Positions 13,577 through 27,200 of a stretch of DNA of 64,000 nt are shown in pieces. Under the pieces are notes generated by a model that saw nothing but the letters and a program-made list of their open reading frames with translations, was not told the DNA's origin and ran no database searches. The translations under genes and the position numbers were made by a program. This DNA is from Iphione sp. A-MEVVRFRX5 (Eukaryota): assembly GCA_976226885.1 (NCBI GenBank), contig OZ320323.1, positions 41,788,001 to 41,852,000 on the forward strand. The letters are read 5' to 3'. The first letter of the stretch is position 1; each line of letters starts with the position of its first letter.

Positions 13577-13753
13577 CAGTGAAGTCTTATTTCCGACCAC
13601 ATCGATTTCCGACCTTTCTGCCAATTACGATCACCTGAAGTGGGAACCAAAGTATCTGTTTCTATACTTAACAATAATCAATTCAGACCAAACTTGATAT
13701 TACGACCATTTTCAGCCGGACCCGATCACTGGTCGGAAATCAAGATTCTACTG
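13577..13753. mobile_element. Tc1/mariner-type MITE
   Basis: CAGTGAAGTCTTATTTCCGACCA versus TGGTCGGAAATCAAGATTCTACTG; TA on both flanks. Confidence 0.75.
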
Positions 13754-15544
13754 TATATATCTATCCAAACATACGTTAGTGTCAATGAAAGGTAGTATGG
13801 GCCACCATAATTCCAAGGCTTTTGTGCAAGGCAAGTCAATTGTCAAAAACAAATTAATGGTAAACACACAAACACAACACCTGAAGTTGGTTTTAGATGG
13901 TGGCTTTTAATGTCCCAACGTTTCGTTTACAAATGTGGGTGACATCATCAGGGGTGGTTTATAAAACCCCTCGAGACCCTGTGCGAGCCTGCCTGTTGTG
14001 GTGTCATGTGATTAAAGGAATGACCAATACTCAAGCCCCATTCCAGCTCCCTCACTGTTTATACGTAACAAATGTCCCCTTTGATCATTCTGGACTGGTA
14101 TAAAATGCCAGTTTCATGCATATACTGAGCACGTCTTTTGTAATTATAAAAAATCACGTAGAGGAGGGAGCATGTCCATTCATGGGGCAACAAAGGCCTT
14201 CATCAATAATTGCTTATTTTCCTCGCAATTTACAGCCCCAGTTGAATGTTTTCTCTTGAAATGACAAAGCCATTCACAGGAACCCACTGAAATCCTTTAT
14301 GTTGAAGAGACGTGCAATACCTCTCGGACCGCGACTTATGAGCTTGTTATGTAGCCAACAATGTCATTCAACCATTATTTGGCCGTTAATTATGGGTGAC
14401 CTGTAGGACGATATGACTGCCGTGAGAACCTCAGCTGTATTCATTTATCAGTAGAGCAGCATGAACGAGTGCAGAGGTTGGTCTTTATGTGTCATTTCAA
14501 GTAAACATTAAAGTCTTATACAATGTATAGAGATTTTATTATATTACATGAAATACGGGGCTGTACATACCTTCAAAGAGTGACTAATTCATCTCAAATG
14601 TTGGTGAAATAGACACGTTGCCAAATCAAGCTGGAAAAAGTACTCTGATAGACGTACTACATGTAATATTTTTTACAACGTAAAAGTCGAGGTGTTAGTA
14701 ATAAGATGCGTTCATTATTATAGAGATTGCAGGTTCACCTCCGGGACACATATACATGTACACCTAGCCAAGGTAATACGTACCCTGTTGCAGAAATTCA
14801 AACATAATTTGTTTTCTTGAAGAATCCATGAAGTACCTTTATATTTTTGTATCAGTGATAGTTAACCATCCCACAAATCTAGCATGCGTACTGGGTAGGA
14901 TCTCAGGCCTCTCTTCACTTTTAATATAAACCAGCACATAACAACATGTACGTTTCAACAAATAAATTAATTAATGTAATCTAAGGACACATGGAAGTAC
15001 AGCCGGATGGGTTACCTTTACTGAACGTGTTCAGGTAGGTATCTATGTAGGTAATATGTCTTTAAGAGAGACAATAGGTGGGGCAGCTTGCCATGAAAAT
15101 ATTGATTAGTTGCCATGTGATGACCGCAGCCACTTGGCTCTAGGCCCACATCTGAAGCCGGCACCTCGCCCCTGGGGTCTCCTTGCTCCCCATAACCTCT
15201 CACGGTCCTAACAAATGACAGCAAGTCAGGACATCGCGTCCCCAATAACCTTCCCTTCCTATGTCGAGTACGCGTCCAACCGAATGTAGGCCGAAGGACG
15301 GCGGTGGGGACTTCTCACCTACTGTCTGCTATGTGGGCCCATTACACAGGTATACTAGAAAGTAAGGTCACACCCAACACGGACTAGATGGGGCTCATCA
15401 CACAGGTGTACCAAAAGGTATTGTCTCACCTTTACGCTGGACCGCTTTGATTCACAGATGGACAGGTGTACAGTACAGATACTCCACCAGACACAGGTAC
15501 TATATAAAAAAAGATACTTAGTAAAAAGGTGATAATAAAAAGTA

Positions 15545-15720
15545 CAGTCCAAACCCTATTTAAGACTACATCGATTTCAAACATATTCAATTTAAAACTA
15601 TTTTAGCTGGGAACCAAAATCTTGATATCTATACATTTGATCCCCTATTTAAGACCACATTTGCCAATCAGACCACTTCAGCTTGGTCCCAAGTGGTGGT
15701 CTCAAATAGGGTTTCCATTG
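15545..15720. mobile_element. Tc1/mariner-type MITE (same family as 48649-48823)
   Basis: CAGTCCAAACCCTATTTAAGAC versus GTCTCAAATAGGGTTTCCATTG; shares internal GGAACCAAAATCTTGATATCTA with the 48.6-kb copy. Confidence 0.7.
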
Positions 15721-15999
15721 CACAACCAATATGGTCAGGAGAGAATGGAACAACCATGAAAGTTAATCAGATGCTGGTCTTACAATAGATGATTTCAAAG
15801 AATATTACAAACAATGGTTCTTAGAAAATGATAAGATATATCCTAGAATAGTTATAGATATTTTCTGACAATAGGCAACAGCAAATGGAACCTACATGTA
15901 TGAAAGTAATACAAATATCCTAAAATATATAACTACAAAAGGAACATATATGCAGAAATTAAATGCTTCTAGCAAACCACTAGTGTACGATGAAAATCG

Positions 16000-17860
16000 A
16001 TGTATCTTCGATTATTTACCTGTGAATACATACATACATACGTACAGACACAGTCTTACTGACCATTGGATATGTACATGGACTCAGAAGACAGGTATTC
16101 TTAAAGGTTTAGCCTCACCCAACACTTGACTTCCCAGGCTCATTATACAGACACACTAAAGGGCATTCATCTTATTCATAACTGCCTGAGATAATTAAAG
16201 AGTTATACTAAAAGGCATCTAACTCTCCGTAGTACTGACTACCTACTCATCACACCCTGCCGTATATTAAAGGTTTCCATCTCACTTACCACCGCCTACC
16301 TTGGATCATTACAAGGCTATATAATGAGAGGTACTGTCTCACCCAACCCAGACTGCTTGGACTCTTTTTACTGGAATACTAAAGGAAATCCATCTCACAT
16401 ACCACTGTCTCCCTGGGTGTAATTATACGGGTATATCATCTGTTACAAATGACATCGCACAGGAGTGCATGGGATCTCCCGAGAGGAACACCTTTATTAC
16501 TTAAGAAAAAAATTACCAGAGCGACTGTTGAATATATATGTCATGCGTTCCAGTCGTGTTGGGTTTACATATTGACCTAGCTAAGTGCATGATGAATCAG
16601 CAGGTCATATACTGATATATATATACATTATTTATATGACATATATTAAGAGATATCTATGTCACCCAGTTCTGACTACCTGGTTCATTATGTTAGGTAT
16701 ACTAGAAGGCATCTCACCCAGCAGTGGCAACCTGTGCTTCTTACACAGGTGTACTAAAAAGAGTATCAATCTCACACAACACTGACTATACCCCGACTCA
16801 CTCTACAGATACTCTCCCAGGTAGCCCCTCCCACGTATCTCTAACTACCACTATTTACTACTCATAAAACACGTACTATACCCAAGTATGCTCTCACCTA
16901 TTACTCACTATCCAAACTCACTATACAAATATACCCACCACTGACAACCTACTCTCACGATACAGATACTCTTATATGTATCCTCTTACAACTGACTTCC
17001 TATAGACTCACTACAAATGATACCCCACTGTGTATGCTCGCATGTGTCACTGGCTACCTAAACATACATAACAGACACTCTACCAGATACACTCTCACCC
17101 AGCAATGCCTACATGAACTCACTATACAAATACTTTGTTGGAGATATTATGCTCTCACCTACCACTGAATACTTTAACTCAATCTACAGGTGTTCTCTCC
17201 AGTACACTCATCAAACACTCACTACATGGACTTACTCTATAATTACTTTACTAGGTATCCTCTGACCTACTACTGACTACCTGGGCTCACTACAGAGCAA
17301 CTCTACCATTTACAGTTATATATACTCTTTGCTGACTACATGGACTTATTAGAATGTATGCAGATACTCTAATAAGTATTCTCATACGTACCACTATCTA
17401 TTTGGACTCACTCCACAGTTATACAAAAAGGTACCCTTTCATCCACTATTCACTGTCATTCACCATTCTCTGGACCCACTATAGGGGTAATTTATAGTGT
17501 ACATACCAGTTACCCCCTTGGACTCACTACATTAGTGCTCTATACGGTACTCCCCTCTTCTACTACTGACTCTCTTGCCTCACTATACAGGTACCCTACA
17601 AAGTGCTCCTCCCATCTACCACTGAATGACTAGATTCCTCTCACCCATGACTGGCTACCTGAAATCAGCACATGGGCACCCTACAATATACTCCCCTTTC
17701 CTACTAATGACATCCGATACTCAACCCCACATGAACCCAATAAGGAACTCCTTTCAGCTACCTCTGTCTTAGTGTGACTACCCAGACTCAGTACGAAGGT
17801 ACTTTACAATGCGCTCCTCTCATTGACTACCCCTGGACTTACTATCCAGGTACTATAGGG
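16000..17860. repeat. Highly diverged minisatellite, unit about 45 bp (CTCACC.AC.ACTGACTACCTGGACTCACTATACAGGTA), with an outlier at about 15310-15545
   Basis: Recurrent ACTCACTATACA, ACTGACTAC and CTCACC motifs at fairly regular spacing. Confidence 0.7.
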
Positions 17861-19189
17861 CTGTCTGCATGCCACAATATAGCATGCATGTTCTGCGTAA
17901 GGAACTATCACTATGAGAACGCTTAAAAAATATGTCTACCTTTGCACACCTTCTCTAAATACTTCAACAGTCTTTCTTCCCGTGGGCCTTAAAAAAAGGT
18001 ACGGTAAAAGAGGCGTTTAGGGGGACGGACAGAGGGCCAGATCAAGAGACAGGGGCGACAGAGAATCCTGGGGAGAAAGAGTCAAAGAAAGACGGAAAGG
18101 GGATAACTAGGGCGAGAGACGGGAACGTGAGGGAGAACGAAAGTAGGAGACAGCGGGGAGGCGGAGAGACTAGGGAAGGGGAGAAAATGAGAGAATGGGG
18201 GAGATATTACAGGGAGAGAGAGAAGGAGGGGGGCCGATTTGATGACTGATACTCCAATCAGGTAGATTAAGGTGATAAGGACCGATAGCAATGATCTCAA
18301 TTGGTTCTATTTGTAACTACAGTTCATGTACACAACCGTAAATCACCACCACCACCACACATACACAGTTACACACACACAAATACAAACCCGCAAACAT
18401 ACATAATTATTTATAGCCTGAAGGACAAGGAATGAGTCATCGTGTCTGGAGGTGGAAGTTTGACAAATTTTCTCCCTTTTTTAGTTTTACCTATACCATT
18501 GGTTTTCACCTGCCGGCGTCAGGTCAGTACAGTTTGTGTCCCTTGTTCGGTAATTATGTGAAACAACAGATTTTTACAGATAAATATATAACTGCAAGCT
18601 ATGAACTAAAAGCACCAGCAGCAAACTCAAAATTGGCTAACAGAAGTATTTGCGAGAACAGTCAACCTATAATAACAAGAGCTATAACTGTACTCCTGCA
18701 GATAAGAATAGCTGAAGAGCCTCCTTCGTCATCTGAACAGTCCGGTAATGTAGGAGTGGATGGAAATAAATCATGCATATTCGTGTGGAGCATTATAAAT
18801 AACTCTATTTTGAGTGGAATCATCTATTTTATGCTCATCCTTCATTGTATTGGCATCTATGTTTGTAAGATTTATGTCTCGTGGACTGCCGCAACCATTC
18901 AGAGCCATGGCATTCACAGCCAGTTAAGTTGGCCTGACATTCATGTATGTATGCATTACCGGTGGGCTTTTCCATGGTTTACTGAGACTCTAAAACAGCC
19001 TTATGTTTGTTGGTAATGAGGCGAGCGAGATATCTTGGAATATGATCCCAGTCCCCCTCGTTCTCGTAAAAAGGACTGGTCGGGGGGGGGATTCCTTGAT
19101 TATTATATTATAAAGAACTTCCTTTAAAGGTTGGGCCTTAAAGTCGGCTCTGACAAACAACTGTTAACAACGTGTGTAAGAAGTAGTAG

Positions 19190-19870
19190 GGCGTATTTGA
19201 GTGGAGCAGGCTGGGGGGCCTTTAAGTACATCGCCGTGGTAACTAGACCCGCTGCTGGTGTAGTTCAGTTGTTGTGGTGCACTGTGGGCGCCACGCTCAG
19301 CTGCTGCTGCTGCTGCTGCTGCTGCCGCCGCGCACCGTTGAATGAGCGTCGGTGCAACCCGAGGGGGAAGAGTGTTGTATGTATATACGTGAAGCTGCAG
19401 AGTGAAATAGTCCCACCACCACCACACAAGGCCGTCAGCACGGGCCGGTTCGCCAGACTATAGTATATAACAGACCCTCGCCCGGCGACGATCAGAGGCC
19501 TGAAAAACAAGGTTAAATCTACACCTCTTTACACCTGCTCCTCCTCCTCGTTGTGGTCGTCGTCGACGTCGCGCAGCTGGTGGTGGTGTTGAGTTAACAT
19601 TAACAGGACGGAGACTATATAGCAGCAGTGGTGGTAGTCTTTGATGTAAGCTGTTGGTCGGTTCGGGCCGGGTTTGGGCCGTCACCGCCGCGGCCGCGGC
19701 CGCAACGCTCACAGACGCCGGGAACTCATTCCCACTACATACCTGATCACACCTGAGCCACGCACGGTGAGAGGGGGAGGCAGATCAATACATCGGCCGG
19801 ATCGAAGGGCTGGCGATAATGGAATCACCGGCGGCAATGGACGCCGACTTGCTCTGTGTCAGGCTGTCCA
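19190..19870. promoter_or_regulatory. GC/CpG-rich region around the AKR-like start, with (CTG)8 at about 19300-19325
   Basis: Clear local rise in GC and CpG (CCGCGGCCGCGGCCG, GTCGTCGTCGACGTCGCG) ending at the first coding exon. Confidence 0.55.
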
Positions 19871-19914
19871 ATGATGTTCGTATGCCCACCATGGCCTACT
19901 CAGTGACTTCTGCT
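19819..19914 (+). CDS. AKR-like exon 1
   Basis: MESPAAMDADLLCVRLSNDVRMPTMAYSVTSA, similar to AKR LNNGAKMPILGLGT; donor GTGAGT. Confidence 0.8.
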
Positions 19915-21224
19915 GTGAGTATATTATCTGTACTACATGTACTTTAGGGTGTTGCATCTCATTTTATCTGGTGTGTACCACTTGTATAAACCAAGACCGA
20001 TGACCAGAGGATTCGTTTGAACCCTACTTCGGAATTGCATTCATACATAGATCAGGCTCCGCCTGGATGTCAATGAAGCATTAGCTGATTATCATTCCTG
20101 CTTTTGGCAGGGACTTCCACTTGGTCTCAAAAGGTATACCCACTACAGTCAACCATTAGGACTAAAAAAATTTCTGTGCTTCTGGTAGGCCTAACAAGCT
20201 GGATAAATAGGGGGTTGGTTGATTGGTTGTATATTTTGTTATTTTTCTTCTTTGACTATTAATTCATACTCCAAGTAATAAATGTGTCCGGTAATACATT
20301 GTATAGGTTCTACTGCCAAATGAAAGTCAATGGCATAAGGAACACAATGATGTGTTATATGAGTCTATATATGATGTGTTATATGAGTCATTGCTGAGAT
20401 ATTCAGAAAACAAGAAGAAAAACAGGTGAAGAGAGACAGATAAACAATTAGACCGAAACAAAAAGAGATAGAGTTTTACCAAAGAGCCTGCTTGGACGCT
20501 ATTTGGTTTAGTTCTAACTGAGAGGGATGTATGGGTCTAGCGTCTATAGAAGTTTCATTTGCCTGAAAATAGGTATTCTATGCAAACCATTAGTGTGCAT
20601 TCTATATTCAGTATTTTAACCTTGGAATAAACAAACCTGTGTTCAGTGACCTTATAATAGAGCCTGGCGTCGCCCTCTGTGTCTGTCGTGAAGTGGAAAT
20701 GAAAGGAAGGGTCAGCCCCGTTGGTCCCCTCACGTAGCCAGGCTGAACTCATGCTCCCACCTAGCCAGGATAAGGTTTCTTGTGTGCTGCCTCAGTGTGT
20801 GCTCCATACAGTGCGGTCACACCCAATTAAGTCCACTTTAGCTTCTTTTCCCTCTATAAAATGCTGGTAGATCGCCCCAGCCATAAACTTCCCCGTGACA
20901 GGGTGCAGTACGGTCCTACCGAGAACCACTTAAGGGTTGTGTCCATGGCCCTCTACTTCCAAACCAACTAGATTTTCTACCTGTGCCCCCCCTCCCCCTG
21001 CCAGACACACAGGAGTGGCGTCCTGTCTTTTATTAAGAGCCCTTTCACCACCACCAACCCTGAACTCCCACTCTCACCCTAGAAGCTCAGTCTTCTGATT
21101 AACCTCGGCGAAGCGGAAACATCATCAGCCGAGGTACTGGTCTTTCCAAACCAGCATACACATACATAACGTACTTTATACAGGTATACATATACATGCA
21201 TGTAAATAGGAAGACAGCTGATAT

Positions 21225-21280
<56 letters not shown>

Positions 21281-24200
21281 TGGACAATCCAACCCCTCTG
21301 TGTAACAAAGCGTGCAAATTATATTTACGTTAAGCTTGATGTATCTTGAAGGAGCAGCCGTCCTCTCCCATGTGTACATCATCTTGTATAGGAGGCCCAG
21401 GAATCACCTAAGGACAGAGTGTGTGAAAGAGCTATAGATGTATCACATAAACAGGATGTGTGCTAGAACTATGGTTGATGCGGGCATCACAAGAACACAG
21501 TGTGATAGAAGTGTATATGATAAATATATATAAAAAAAAAAACGAAATGGTTATTGTATATATGGGTGTCATGCAAAAGCAAAATTTGTGACAGACCTGT
21601 AAAAGTAGATTGTGCATCATTTTGAAAGAACTATATTTGACCGATACATCACTATAAGGGTGCGTATGGAAGAGGCACAGTGGGGAGATACATCACTAGG
21701 ACAGTGAATATGAAAGAGTTGCAGTGAGTAGATGAATCACCAGGGCAGAGTGAGTGCTAAAACTATAGTGGATGGATGCACGATACAATATCAAGATATG
21801 TGATAGAACTGTTGTGAGAGTGTGTACATAGGATACACACCAATTAGATGCATCACCAGGAGAGGGTGTGTGCTAGAACTGTAGTAGATGAATTCACTAT
21901 ACAAGGACAGGTTATTTGATAGAACTATAGTGCTGAGATGCATCACTATGACAGCGAGTATGAAGACAGGATGTGTGATAGAACTACAGTGCACAGGTAC
22001 ATCATTGTGATAGTGAGTATGAAGAATATAGGTTGTGTGACGGAACTATAGTGAATGTATATAGTTTGTGTGATGGAACTATAGTGAATGTATACACTAC
22101 AGTTACCAGGTATATATGTGAGAACCACAGTGGACAGATACTTCATCATGATGGTGTACATGTATATATGAACAAGCGCCTTCGCCGCTCCTCCCAGCCT
22201 AACGGGTCAAAGTCCACCCATGCACACACACATACCATTTTACAACCCTTGGTTATGCTTGATTGCACACATGGGTAGGAATACACCACTCTGTGTAAAA
22301 AAATTGGGCCACACATGTCAGCCTCCATGGCCAGACTACTTTCAGGCAACGTTTTATATAGGTAGTGTAAAGAGCTACACTGTGTAGATGCATTCCCAGA
22401 ATGAGGTAGGTGATGGAAGTAGAGTGAGTGGATCAAATCACTGGATCTTATAGGCACGTATATACAATATAATTATCCCGTGGTCAAGCAAAGTTAAGTC
22501 GATAGTTATACTTCTATACGTGATCAGCATGCTTGAAATCACGTTCTTTCATCTGCAGCTAGTTTTCTACGTGAATTTCATGTGAAAGGAACACCTTGCT
22601 ATTCACAAGCCAAATTAATACGACAAAAAAAGAGGCGTCTGCGATATACCCTGGGACGCTACAAAAAGAGTGATTGTGCATTGTAAATGTATATACCTTG
22701 TCGTTCGTGATGGCTTTTTTAGTAAATAGAACGTGGGATACGTAGCAAGGCGACATTATGGCAAAATGATAGGGCATCAATTTCCACGTGCCTTATAGTT
22801 AATTACTAACATTTGTATTACTACAAGTGTCGAGGCGTATACACAAGTGGATAATTGTTATAGAACATACGCGACGAGTTAATGATTTTGAGGGGGGATT
22901 TCAGAGTCATCCTCAAAATAACGCTTCACCCAGAATTATAACCACCGGTGGTGGATTCTTGGGAGATTCGCAGTGAATAAAACGGTGTTACCCAAACGAT
23001 TCGTAATGAATGTAGGGTGTGAATGGGGAAGGAGGGAAAGGGAGGGGGGATTTGTGGAGAATTGAAAGGGGCTGTAGGGGGATCACCGGACCCCCTCCCC
23101 CAGCGTGAAAGCAAGTCACCGCCTCCGAGAGTTTTGAGGTAATGGCCTCCCAGGGGGAGCCACCAGTGAGGATGGATGAGGACCACACGCACCCCCTATG
23201 GTAATTACACACTTTATATGGATGAATGGGGCGGGGGGTTCGCTGATAATCTCTTTAGTTTTACTTCCTACGACAAAACATGCCGGGGACTGACAGACAC
23301 GACGCGCTTCCTCTTGATAGATATCTATACGTTAAAAAGCACCCAGACCAGATTAAGCTTGTTTTCATGGAGTGTACAGACAGTAAATGGTAAGAGGGCC
23401 TACAAGGCCACGCAGGGGCACGGTACAGACCACAGTGGATGCCCATCAGACGTCACAGTGGGGCCACACAAGGCAAGAATGACCTAGATCCATCGACCTC
23501 ACAAAAACATAACAGCGCTCACCGGTTTATTTTTTCAGACCAAAATTGAAAAGTGTGGTTTCCGGTGTACCTTCATAAAACACGATGAATACAACGATAG
23601 TGCCAGTCCAAAACATAGAGATGAGCTCATAAAGTTTGTAACAAAATGTTGACAGATTCTCTGGGTAGAAGGATTGTTAAACCTACTCCGGTTACCAAGG
23701 ACAAAACAGATGTATAAACCAGTTTGAGATTCAATTCAAAAAGAATTTTGTTAATGATTACCCATGAACAACACATACATAGTTGGAGGATGACACGTGA
23801 TAATTTCCTAGTAGTAGTACATCTACCAATATACATGTACACGAAGGGTGTTCCTGGTCAAGTACAAATGCATAAATAGATAATACAGCGCAGTAGTTTG
23901 ATGCATCTTTCATTGTAATGAGCCTATACTTGTATAACTGCTCTCCATGTTGTGTAATGAGAGCCTTCCTCCATGTTATCTAAATGGTGTTGCACATTCT
24001 TTGAACTAGAATTGTCTTCTATGGTGCACAGTGTCTCTTGTTTTATGTGGTTTATGGATTCTTTCATTGAAAGTTGTCCTCTATAATCTGGTGTCCAGAT
24101 TATAGTTCTCAGTATTACAGTTCCTTAATTGAAGCCCTTGCGTTATGTTATTAAGTGACGCGTGCCTCCCCCTTCACGTTATCTCTTTATACAATCTGCT

Positions 24201-27200
24201 GATTTTATTGGAACAGATGAGTTGGTCCATATAGTACAGGAGCTTGGTTGTTGACTTGGAAATATTGAGAGTCAAACTAGAGGTACTGTCAGGCTAGCTC
24301 TTAACATGGAAACACTGTAGAACAGACACACCACCAGCCTAGCTATTGGCATGGGAACATTGATAGTCAAGTATAGAGATACTGCCAACAGGGAATTGAC
24401 AGTTAAGTAGAGACACTACCAAGCTGGCTGTTGACATGGATACATTCACAGTAGAGTAGAAACACTACCAGCCTAACTGTCAATATAGAGAACATTAGCA
24501 GTAAAATTGAGAAATCCTTAGCCTGGCTGTTGACATGGAAACATTGACAGTCAAACAGAGACACCACCATCCTTGCTGTTGGCATGGAAACATTGACAGT
24601 TAAGAAGAGACCTCTACCCTTACTGCTGACATAAATATTGACACTCAAGTAGAAATACCACCAGCTAGCCTAGCTGTTGTCATGGAAACACTTTCAGCAT
24701 TATATACTTTGTACCTGCTTGAACCAGGTCAGATGTACCCAGCAGTAGGACGGATAATGTGTACTCCTGCACACCAGCCTGACCACAGGTGAAACCGAGG
24801 GCATGTTTGCACTCCTTGCACCGGGTTCGAAGGACGCATTTTACGAGGCAGGTACACGTTACTACACAAGGCTTGACGTGCTAAGCACCCCCCCCCCATG
24901 ACCATGACTGCCTGTACTGCTGAGTGAATAGGGTATAATCGATGTTAGGTTTTCATGCTCATGAATATTTATGAGTTCGTCACCAACATATTGTCTATAG
25001 TGCCTCACGCCCACAACTCCCTGAGTCATAGGAAAATGTCCGATTCATAACAGAGGGTTGTCATGCTCACCAGTCATATAACACACACAAACAGCTTCGG
25101 TCTGCTTAAGAACAGAGTCTACCTGACAACCACTCATCACGAGAGAAAAAAAGGAGGCAAGGGACACTTACTGCTACATTTTACGACGGGAATATCACTC
25201 ATTATATCTATTTTACGCTCAAGTAAAATTAGCTGTTGGTGTGTCAGTAAGGTTCATGTTGTCCCATTCCCAGGTAAAAAAGGTAAATACGAGAAAAGAA
25301 TAATACACTCTGGGTATGGACTGCACGTCAGGTAGCACTGTTGTTATGTCACTAATATTTAACAAATAATAACTTGTGGACCCCCCTCCCCGGCAGAAGC
25401 GTTCAAATTTACAGACTGCACGAGTCAGCAAATTCGCAGACTAAGTCGGCAAACATCGTCCCACACCCACTGCCCCTTGAGTGTTGGTCTCGCTACGATC
25501 CTGCCTCCATAGTACCATGGAAAAATAGGAAAATGACTCAAACAGGGGCACTATTTGGAAGTAATGAGTGTGTTTTCTGTGCAAGGGTGTCCCGAATACA
25601 GGCATTTTGCTGTACCTACAGGCGGTGCGAGGTCACATGACACCGAGTTTTGTCTCTTCATTTTTCCATGAAACAGCACAGAATTGTAGTTACCTATTCA
25701 CTGCCTCATTCTGAAAACGTTTCTTCTCAGTGATATCGTGAACACCAGGGTCTTGAATAAAACGACCTGTAATGTAGCGACAAATCGCTAGCCCTTGTAT
25801 ATCTGAACATCGGGTCCTTTTCATTCCTTCACTTCTATCGCACACATATGCACGCACACACCCACACCTACGGGCTCTCACATTTTAGAACTCTTTTGGG
25901 ACAAAGGCCACTATCCATTCATGTTCATTAGATCTTTTATCCGTGAGTGTCTGTCAAGGTCTGCATTGTATGGGTCAATTCTTTTTTAGATCTGCTTTGT
26001 CTGTGTTGTTCTCTCGGTGCCCGGCCTGCAGTGTTTTGTGGTGTCTGTATCTGCTTTAACTTGGACTACTCGGAGTCATTCTGTTTATTTAGTAGGTCTC
26101 TTTTCTAAGAATCTGCAGTTAATGCTCGTTTTTAGCCTGTTTTTTTCAACTGTGTTTGGTCTATCTTGGTATATTTAGCTAGGTCTGTAAAAACACTGTG
26201 TTAGTGTGCTTTTTGTGGCTCCTTTTTTTAAAAACTATGTTCAGTGTATGTTATGTTTTCTTTAGGTCTGTAATGTCTAGGTCTGCTACATTTGTATATG
26301 CTTTGAGGGGTCTGCTTTTAGTGGCTCTGTATTATTTGTCTGGTGTATCTTATATTTTTTCTAGGTCTGTAATGTCTAGGTCTGCTACATGGCTATGTGC
26401 TTTGTGTGGATCTGCCTTTAGAGGCTCTGATTTATCTATGTCTGGTGTATCTTATGTTTTCTCTAAGTCTGTAATGTGTAAGTCTGCATCATATGTTAGT
26501 GCTTGGTGCGGATCTGGTTTTTTTGATGGATCTGTTTTGTCTAGGACCACCTCATGTGTTTGACTACCGTATGACCCATTTTGGATGAAAGGTGGGCAGC
26601 CGATGGACAGTATAAAGGCATGTAGAGTTTAGCGCCAACTGAATATGGTAAAGTACATGGTAATACGACACCCGAGGGGCAGCCCGGAAGAAAGGCGGAA
26701 TAAAAAGCGTGGACTAAGCTCTTTACTGAAGTCCTGTATACATATACTTACAATAAAGAGCTAGAAAAAAGGTAGTATGTAGCGCCTTTATTGTAGTGTG
26801 CAAAGCCATGCACTATCTTTCGGATCTACGAGGAAACCACTCTTACACACAGACCAATGCTTGAGGGTAAGACGTTGGGAGAAAAATTGAGACTTCAGTC
26901 TAGTATAAAAGTCGTGCACTGATGCATACATATATATTCTTTGACGCATTCTAACAAAAGGGGATGAAATTTAGGAAAGAGTGATTGTACGGCGATTGTT
27001 GATTAAAAGCAAATTCAAATTTAAGTCATCAAGCGTAGTGAAGAAGAAGCTCATGGGCAACTTTTCTATGTATGAATAAATACTTTTACATTAACATTTT
27101 TAATTTAAGGAAGTGAAAACAAAGGAACGAAGTTCATACTTCCACTGTAGTAAAGAAACCTATGGACTAATGTACAAATACATAAGTGAAGATTCTACCG

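Noticed and set aside
18432-19016. 194-aa ORF upstream of the AKR gene
   Set aside because: No recognisable motif, composition typical of non-coding DNA, no link to either gene
19131-19510. PolyQ, polyA and polyC ORFs
   Set aside because: All are readings of the (CTG)8 tract in different frames
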